From the human T2T-CHM13v2.0 reference genome, Homo sapiens, in the NCBI RefSeq assembly GCF_009914755.1, contig NC_060936.1: a stretch of 64,000 nucleotides of DNA; one strand, 5' to 3'. Of this stretch, positions 1 to 64,000 are shown piece after piece. Every line of letters begins with the position of its first letter. The stretch's first letter is position 1. Both the position numbers and the translations under genes were made by a program. A model generated the notes under the pieces. The model saw only the letters and a program-made list of their open reading frames with translations. It made no database searches and was not told the origin of the DNA.

Positions 1-486
1 TGTCTCGACTTTCAACATGCCTTCCTAAGTTTAGCCATTTCTAGCTCTTTATGTAAAGTGAGAGACGTGTGACTCTTCCTTTCACTTGAACACGTAGAGG
101 CCATTGCAGGGCTATTAACTTACCTAATTTCTATAGTGTTGTGTCACCGGGACTGGGGAGGCCCAAGGAGAAAGGGCGAGATGGCAGAATGGCCCGTGAG
201 TGGAGCAATCAGGACACACACAACACTGATGAAGCTCATTGTCTTCTATGCGCACGGTTCATGGCGCCCCAAAACAATTGCCATAGAAGCATCAAAGGTT
301 ATCACGGCTGATATAATAATAGTGGAAAAGTCTGAAATATCCTGAGAGTTACCAACATGTGACACAGACACAGTGAGCACATGCTGTTGGAAAGATGAGA
401 CTTGCTCAAGACAAGATTCCCACAAACCTTCCATTTATAAAAATACAGGTAACCGCTTCGAAGCACAATAAGACAGGATATGCCTG
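1..486 (-). mobile_element. Tigger1-like TcMar DNA transposon fragment
   Basis: Ends ...gcacaataagacaggatatgcctg, resembling the reverse complement of the Tigger1 terminus; recognised by eye. Confidence 0.65.
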
Positions 487-489
487 CAA

Positions 490-1625
<1,136 letters not shown>

Positions 1626-2220
1626 AAAGGAATTAAAATGGTGAGCTAAAAACACTTCTTCACCACAACCAGACCTTGAGGCTGTCACCTGATCTCCAGC
1701 GTAACCTTAGCCGTGTGTGAGATGCAGTTTGCTGGGAAGGCTGAGTGAGGAAATGGACAGTGAAGCACTCTGCTCTGTAAGGGCTGACACCCGCGGTCGT
1801 TATCTGGTAATATTATCCCTCCTTGGACTCAGCCTGCCTTTCCCAGAAAGGCCTCAGCATCCGAGCAAGCTCTCATCTCATCAGCTCTGGGTCCTGGTCC
1901 AGCCTACTGGTCTCCGGTGACCCATCCTCCCAGCCGGTGGCACTGGGTGTTCGGCTGTGCCTTCACCAACACACCAAGCTCACCCCCCAGGGCCTTTGCG
2001 TCTTCCCTCCTCCTGCACCTGGTCCCAGCGCCCCTCACAGGCTCCATCCCCACAGCACCTGCGCCTCTGAACGGCCCTCTCCCTTCTCGGGTCGGCTGGC
2101 AGCAGACAGGCCCCACAAGGCAGGACCTTTCCTGTCTTGCTCACACCTGAGCACAGATGCCGCAACTGTGGCTGCATGTGACAGGGACATGATAAATGTT
2201 GGTGGAATGAACAAGTAACT

Positions 2221-57542
<55,322 letters not shown>

Positions 57543-57897
57543 GGAGCCGTTGGCTACCACCTCTGCTTCAGGGGAGAAATTTGGCGCGCTCCCACCCAGA
57601 CTCGCGAGAGCCGGAAATGCCGCCGTCCATCAAGAGGCGCGCTCCGCCCCTCCCCCGCCCCCCGAGGCGCTCCAATTGGCGCCGGCGCCCGGCGGGGGAG
57701 GTGGCCGGCAGGGACCGGGGAAAAGTGTGTGGTAGGCGCGCGCGGCGCACCGTGGGGTTGGGACCGGGCGGCGCTGCGGGCCGCGGTGGGGCCGGAAATG
57801 TCAGGCGGTCCCCACTCCGCTCTCGGCGCCTCGGGCTCCGCGCCCGGCCAGCCTGAGGTGGGGTCGGTGCCCCCGGCGGCACGGCGCTGGGGAGGCG

Positions 57898-58019
57898 ATG
57901 GCGCCGGCCGCGTCCAGGCTGCGGGCCGAAGCCGGGCTCGGGGCGCTGCCGCGGCGGGCGCTCGCCCAGTACTTGCTCTTCCTGCGGCTCTACCCGGTGC
58001 TCACCAAGGCGGCCACCAG
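57898..58019 (+). CDS. PXMP2: Peroxisomal membrane protein 2 (PMP22, Mpv17/PMP22 family), exon 1 coding part
   Basis: gcgATGG context; MAPAASRLRAEAGLGALPRRALAQYLLFLRLYPVLTKAAT; donor CAG|GTGAGC. Confidence 0.95.
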
Positions 58020-58330
58020 GTGAGCGGGGGCGCGGGAATCGGACGCCGCCCCGGCCCCAGGTCGGCCGCAGCGGCGCGGGGCCTGGACGGGAGCGCCGGG
58101 CCGGGACCAGGCTGGGGGCGCGCCCGGGTCAGAACCCCCGGAGCGGGCGCCCTCCGACCCGGCGCTGAACTTCCCGCGGCGACACCCGCGTCCGCAGTCA
58201 GCGATTGTGAGGCGCCTTGCGGATCCCGCCCTCCCAGCGCGTGGAGGGCCCGCCCAGACCCGGGGGTCGGCGCTGAGGTTCCACCCAAGGACCCAACAGG
58301 GGCCCCGCGCGCCCGGGGAAGCCACGGCAA

Positions 58331-59206
58331 GGGGAGCGGGTCCGCAGGCGCGGGTGAAGACAGGGCGAGGGGAGCGGGTCCGCAGGCGCGGGTGAAGACA
58401 GGGCGAGGGGAGCGGGTCTGCGGGGCGCGGGTGAAGACAGGGCGAGGGGAGCGGGTCTTGGGGGCGCGGGTGAAGACAGGGCGAGGGGAGCGGGTCTGCG
58501 GGGCACGGGTGAAGACAGGGCCAGGGGAGCGGGTCTGCGGGGCACGGGTGAAGACAGGGCGAGGGGAGCGGGTCTGCGGGGCGCGGGTGAAGACAGGGCC
58601 AGGGGAGCGGGTCTGCGGGGCGCGGGTGAAGACAGGGCCAGGGGAGCGGGTCTGCGGGGCACGGGTGAAGACAGGGCGAGGGGAGCGGGTCTTGGGGGCG
58701 CGGGTGAAGACAGGGCGAGGGGAGCGGGTCTGCGGGGCGCGGGTGAAGACAGGGCCAGGGGAGCGGGTCTGCGGGGCACGGGTGAAGACAGGGCCAGGGG
58801 AGCGGGTCCTCATGGAGCGTGTGGAGACAGGGCCAAGGGAGCGAGTCTGCGGGGCGCGGGTGAAGACAGCGCCAGGGGAGCGGGTCTTGGGGGCGCGGGT
58901 AAAGACAGGGCCAGGGGAGCGGGTCCTCATGGCGCGGGTGGAGACAGGGCCAAGGGAGCGGGTCTGCGGGGCGCGGGTGAAGACAGGGCCAAGGGAGCGG
59001 GTCTGCGGGGCGCGGGTGAAGACAGGGCGAGGGGAGCGGGTCTGCGGGGCACGGGTAAAGACAGGGCCAAGGGAGCGGGTCTGCGTGGTGCGGGTGAAGA
59101 CAGGGCCAGGGGAGCGGGTCCACATGGAGCGTGTGGAGACAGGGCCAAGGGAGCGAGTCTGCGGGGCGCGGGTCCGCACGGCGCGGGTGGAGACACGGCC
59201 AGGGAA
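58331..59206. repeat. G-rich VNTR, 39-bp unit, ~22 copies, PXMP2 intron 1
   Basis: gcgggtgaagacagggcgaggggagcgggtctgcggggc repeated. Confidence 0.97.
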
Positions 59207-60137
59207 GGTGTTTTGAGAAGGTGACATTGAACAGGCTGTGTAAAGAAGTGGAGCAGAGGCTCTCCTGGCACAGGGAACAGCAGGGCAAAGGTCTCTGTTA
59301 GGTTTTGAAGGGAAGGCCGGCGTTAAAGAAAGGCGGAGAGAGGTGCAGCTTGGACTCAGTCCCGAGGGAGGGAAGATCTGTGTGTGGAGAAAGTGAACCC
59401 TGAGCAAGAGGCAGGAGATGTGAAGGGAATCGCCAGGGATCTGATCGAGAAGGTGTCTAGGTCCGTGCTAGGAATTTTGGATTTTATAGTCCAGAGAGCT
59501 TCTCAGAAGGCAAATACAAACCAAGGCCTGGAGGGAGCCACTGGGCCTGTTCCACCTTTTTATGGAAATTTTTATTGTGATAATTGTAGATTCACAAACA
59601 GTTACAAGACTAACATGGAGAGATTCCTTGCACACCTTCCCAGTGTCCCCCATTGGTTACATTCTGTGAAACGTAGTGCAGTATCGACCAGGGCATTGCG
59701 TGGACACAGTCCACAGATCCTATTCGGATTTCTCCATTTTTCTTGTAGCTGTATCTGTTCTGTACAGTTTTATCACATCTGTACATTCTTGTGTTCACTA
59801 CCACAGTCAAAATGCAGAACAGCGTCATGATAGGGCTGTCCTGTTGCCCGTTCATAACCACACAGCTTCCCAACTCCCAAACTGCCAAATTATAGTATAA
59901 CATCACAGCCAGGATGTTGACATAGATACTGGAAAGCCACTTGTCCTTACCTGTGTGTTTAAGTCCACCGTCTCCACCTTTTGATACAAGAACTATACAT
60001 TGCAGCCGCTTTAACAAGAATTCCTACCCCCCGCCCATCTGCTGCATGGCCTCAGAACGGCCCTGCTAATTCACCTATGGGAAAGGGACACCCTCCTGCT
60101 GTTCACTGCTGTTTTCTGATGACCTCCCTCTCCACAG

Positions 60138-60251
60138 TGGCATTTTGTCAGCACTTGGGAACTTCCTGGCCCAGATGATTGAGAAGAAGCGGAAAAAAGA
60201 AAACTCTAGAAGTCTGGATGTCGGTGGGCCTCTGAGATATGCCGTTTACGG
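60138..60251 (+). CDS. PXMP2: PXMP2 exon 2 (114 nt)
   Basis: ctctccacag acceptor; GILSALGNFLAQMIEKKRKKENSRSLDVGGPLRYAVY in phase with exon 1; donor CGG|GTGAGT. Confidence 0.95.
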
Positions 60252-60437
60252 GTGAGTGCCATACAAGGGGTGGGTTTACCTTGTAGCCGCTGAGTGCAAC
60301 CAAGCTGGGCACCAAAACCGAGTAGTTGGAGTACTCTTATTTGGAAATATAATTTTTTAAAAACCATTGTAGTAATCATCATGGGAAAAAACTCGAATGG
60401 TTCATATAGTTTGTATGGCATATATACGCATACGTGG

Positions 60438-60698
60438 TTTTTTTTGTTTTTTCTTTTTTTTGGAGACAGAGTCTCACTCTGTCACCCAGGCTTACTGCAA
60501 CCTCTGCCTCTCTGGTTCAAGTGATTCTCCTGCCTCAGCCTCTCAAATAGCTGGGATTACAGGCACACACCGCCATGCCCAGCTAATTTTTGTTATTTTT
60601 AGTAGAGATGGGGTTTCACCATGTTGGCCAGGCTGGTCTTGAACTCCTGACCTCAAGTGATCCACCTTCCTTGGCCTCCCAAAGTGCTGGGATTACAG
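60438..60698 (-). mobile_element. Alu (S-type, internal deletion)
   Basis: Reverse-complement dimer. Confidence 0.88.
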
Positions 60699-60925
60699 TG
60701 CTAGGAGTACAGGCTCACATTTGTGGTTTTATCATGTTTCTTTTTAATTGGATGGGTAGGGGTGACTGTCTTAATTGGGCTGAGAGGCAAACCTGAGGAC
60801 AAGTAACTCAACTTAACCTAAAGTCAGACTTCAGGATTCAAAAACCCTGAAAGCGTCCTAGACTGGGCTCATGGAAAGGGAAAACTGACTCCAATTTGAC
60901 CAGTTAGTTTCTATTGTTATTTTAA

Positions 60926-61273
<348 letters not shown>

Positions 61274-61830
61274 TGAAAAATGTCCAGTTTCTGAACCACT
61301 TTCTGAGTTGCAAAAGCACAGTAATTCAAGAGTTTTACCAATTTAATCCACCGTGAGCTCTCGGCCAACAGTAATGTGAAGTATTTTCCAACTACAGTGA
61401 TGTTTTCTTTAATTCAGAATTCCTGAAGATCATTTTTATACTTCCAAGCTTGCTAACTTGAGTCATCATGGATTTTTCCATACTGTATTTAAAGCAGTAA
61501 TCCCCCCAAGAGGGGCAGGTGATGAGATCACCTAGCAGGCCTCATCCAAGTACAGTTTTCCCATCCACAGGACTTCAGTCCCCTTCCCCACTGAGAATCC
61601 CTGCATAGGCCACATAACCCCCTATGACTGGGTGGGAAAAAACACTGAGAACCACTTATCTAAAGACTGTCAACGTCACAAGTTGAAAGACCCCTCTTTT
61701 TGTTGCTGAATTTTATGGAACTGCAGGCCTCTTGTCCCAGTAGATGTGGCAGCTGGTTCCATTCTCTCCCAAACACACAGGGGAATGATTAGTAGCAACG
61801 CACACAACCTAGAGTGCTGCACCAGGTCCT

Positions 61831-64000
61831 GCCCTTGCCAGTTAGTTAGTGAGCTCCCTTGCCAGTTAGTTAGTGAGCACCCTTGCCAGTTAGTTAGTGA
61901 GCTCCCTTGCCAGTTAGTGAGCTCCCTGAGCCAGTTAGGTAGTGAGCTCCCTGAGCCAGTTAGTTAGTGAGCGCCCTTGCCAGTTAGTTAGTGAGCTCCC
62001 TTAGCCAGTTAGTGAGCTCCCTTGCCAGTTAGTGAGCTCCCTTAGCCAGTTAGTTAGTGAGCTCCCTTAGCCAGTTAGTTAGTGAGCGCCCTTAGCCAGT
62101 TAGTTAGTGAGCTCCCTGAGCCAGTTAGTTAGTGAGCTCCCTTAGCCAGTTAGTTAGTGAGCTCCCTTGCCAGTTAATTAGTGAGCTCCCTTAGCCAGTT
62201 AGTTAGTGAGCTCCCTTAGCCAGTTAGTTAGTGAGCGCCCTTGCCAGTTAGTTAGTGAGCGCCCTTAGCCAGTTAGTTAGTGAGCGCCCTTGCCAGTTAC
62301 TTAGTGAGCGCCCTTGCCAGTTAGTTAGTGAGCTCCCTGAGCCAGTTAGGTAGTGAGCTCCCTGAGCCAGTTAGGTAGTGAGCTCCCTGAGCCAGTTAGT
62401 TAGTGAGCGCCCTTGCCAGTTAGTTAGTGAGCGCCCTTGCCAGTTAGTTAGTGAGCTCCCTTAGCCAGTTAGTTAGTGAGCTCCCTTAGCCAGTTAGTTA
62501 GTGAGCGCCCTTGCCAGTTAGTTAGTGAGCTCCCTTAGCCAGTTAGTGAGCGCCCTTGCCAGTTAGTTAGTGAGCTCCCTTGCCAGTTAGTTAGTGAGCG
62601 CCCTTGCCAGTTAGTGAGCTCCCTTAGCCAGTTAGTTAGTGAGCTCCCTTAGCCAGTTAGTGAGCGCCCTTGCCAGTTAGTTAAGTGAGCGCCCTTAGCC
62701 AGTTAGTTAGTGAGCGCCCTTAGCCAGTTAGTTAGCGCCCTTGCCAGTTAGTTAGTGAGCGCCCTTGCCAGTTAGTTAGTGAGCTCCCTTAGCCAGTTAG
62801 TGAGCTCCCTTAGCTAGTTAGAGAGCTCCCTTGCCAGTTAGTTAGTGAGCTCCCTTAGCCAGTTAGTTAGTGAGCTCCCTTAGCCAGTTAGTGAGCTCCC
62901 TTGCCAGTTAGTTAGTGAGCTCCCTTGCCAGTTAGTTAGTGAGCTCCCTTAGTCAGTTAGTTAGTGAGCGCCCTTGCCAGTTAGTGAGCGCCCTTGCCAG
63001 TTAGTTAGTGAGCGCCCTTGCCAGTTAGTTAGTGAGCGCCCTTGCCAGTTAGTTAGTGAGCTCCCTTAGCCAGTTAGTTAGTGAGCTCCCTTGCCAGTTA
63101 GTTAGTGAGCACCCTTGCCAGTTAGTTAGTGAGCGCCCTTGCCAGTTAGTTAAGTGAGCGCCCTTAGCCAGTTAGATAGTGAGCGCCCTTAGCCAGTTAG
63201 ATAGTGAGCGCCCTTAGCCAGTTAGTTAGTGAGCGCCCTTGCCAGTTAGTTAGTGAGCACCCTTGCCAGTTAGTTAGTGAGCTCCCTTAGCCAGTTAGTT
63301 AGTGAGCTCCCTTGCCAGTTAGTTAGTGAGCTCCCTTAGCCAGTTAGTTAGTGAGCGCCCTTAGCCAGTTAGTTAAGTGAGCGCCCTTAGCCAGTTAGAT
63401 AGTGAGCGCCCTTAGCCAGTTAGTTAGTGAGCGCCCTTGCCAGTTAGTTAGTGAGCGCCCTTGCCAGTTAGTTAGTGAGCGCCCTTGCCAGTTAGTTAGT
63501 GAGCTCCCTTAGCCAGTTAGTGAGCTCCCTTAGCTAGTTAGAGAGCTCCCTTGCCAGTTAGTTAGTGAGCTCCCTTAGCCAGTTAGTTAGTGAGCTCCCT
63601 TAGCCAGTTAGTGAGCTCCTTTGCCAGTTAGTGAGCTCCCTTGCCAGTTAGTTAGTGAGCTCCCTTAGTCAGTTAGTTAGTGAGCGCCCTTGCCAGTTAG
63701 TTAGTGAGCGCCCTTGCCAGTTAGTTAGTGAGCGCCCTTAGCCAGTTAGTTAGCTCCCTTAGCCAGTTAGTGAGCTCCCTTAGCCAGTTAGTTAGTGAGC
63801 GCCCTTGCCAGTCAGTTAGTGAGCGCCCTTGCCAGTCAGTTAGTGAGCTCCCTTAGCCAGTTAGTTAGTGAGCTCCCTTAGCCAGTTAGTTAGTGAGCTC
63901 CCTTAGCCAGTTAGTTAGTGAGTGCCCTTGCCAGTTAGTTAGTGAGCTCCCTTAGCCAGTTAGTTAGAGAGCTCCCTTGCCAGTTAGTTAATGAGCTCCC
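61831..64000. repeat. Minisatellite, 20-26 bp unit (mostly 24/25), runs off the window end, PXMP2 intron 2
   Basis: gccagttagttagtgagc(t/g)ccctt(a); roughly 85-95 copies by length. Confidence 0.97.

Noticed and set aside
61831-64000. Interstitial telomeric repeat
   Set aside because: The motif is TTAGTTAG, not TTAGGG

Overview
Human (primate) genomic DNA, recognisable as the POLE/PXMP2 locus in subtelomeric 12q24.33. The minus strand carries coding exons 1-45 of POLE, the DNA polymerase epsilon catalytic subunit. The ATG is at 57542 and the 45 exons sum to 6330 nt (2110 codons) with phases consistent at every junction; the final exons lie left of the window. The plus strand carries exons 1-2 of PXMP2 (ATG 57898), head-to-head with POLE across a CpG island with only 355 bp between the start codons. 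The introns hold about 35 Alu pieces, old L1/MaLR/Tigger/MIR fragments and several minisatellites (54-, 66-, 39- and 24/25-bp units). The most unusual pattern is that several POLE introns (13, 18, 26, 45, plus a deep site in 16) contain tandem duplications that copy a 5' splice site, giving decoy donors as good as or better than the real one. Predicted outcomes are premature stops (26, 45) or in-frame insertions into the exonuclease and P domains (13, 18), and intron 13 is a GC-AG intron. Other notable items: a MIR-derived 24-copy VNTR, a GTTAGTTAGT array of more than 2 kb (Musashi/hnRNP A1-type motif sense, ACTAAC antisense), and a fold-back scar between tail-less inverted Alus. Repeat subfamily calls and repeat edges are by eye; all functional proposals are untested inference.
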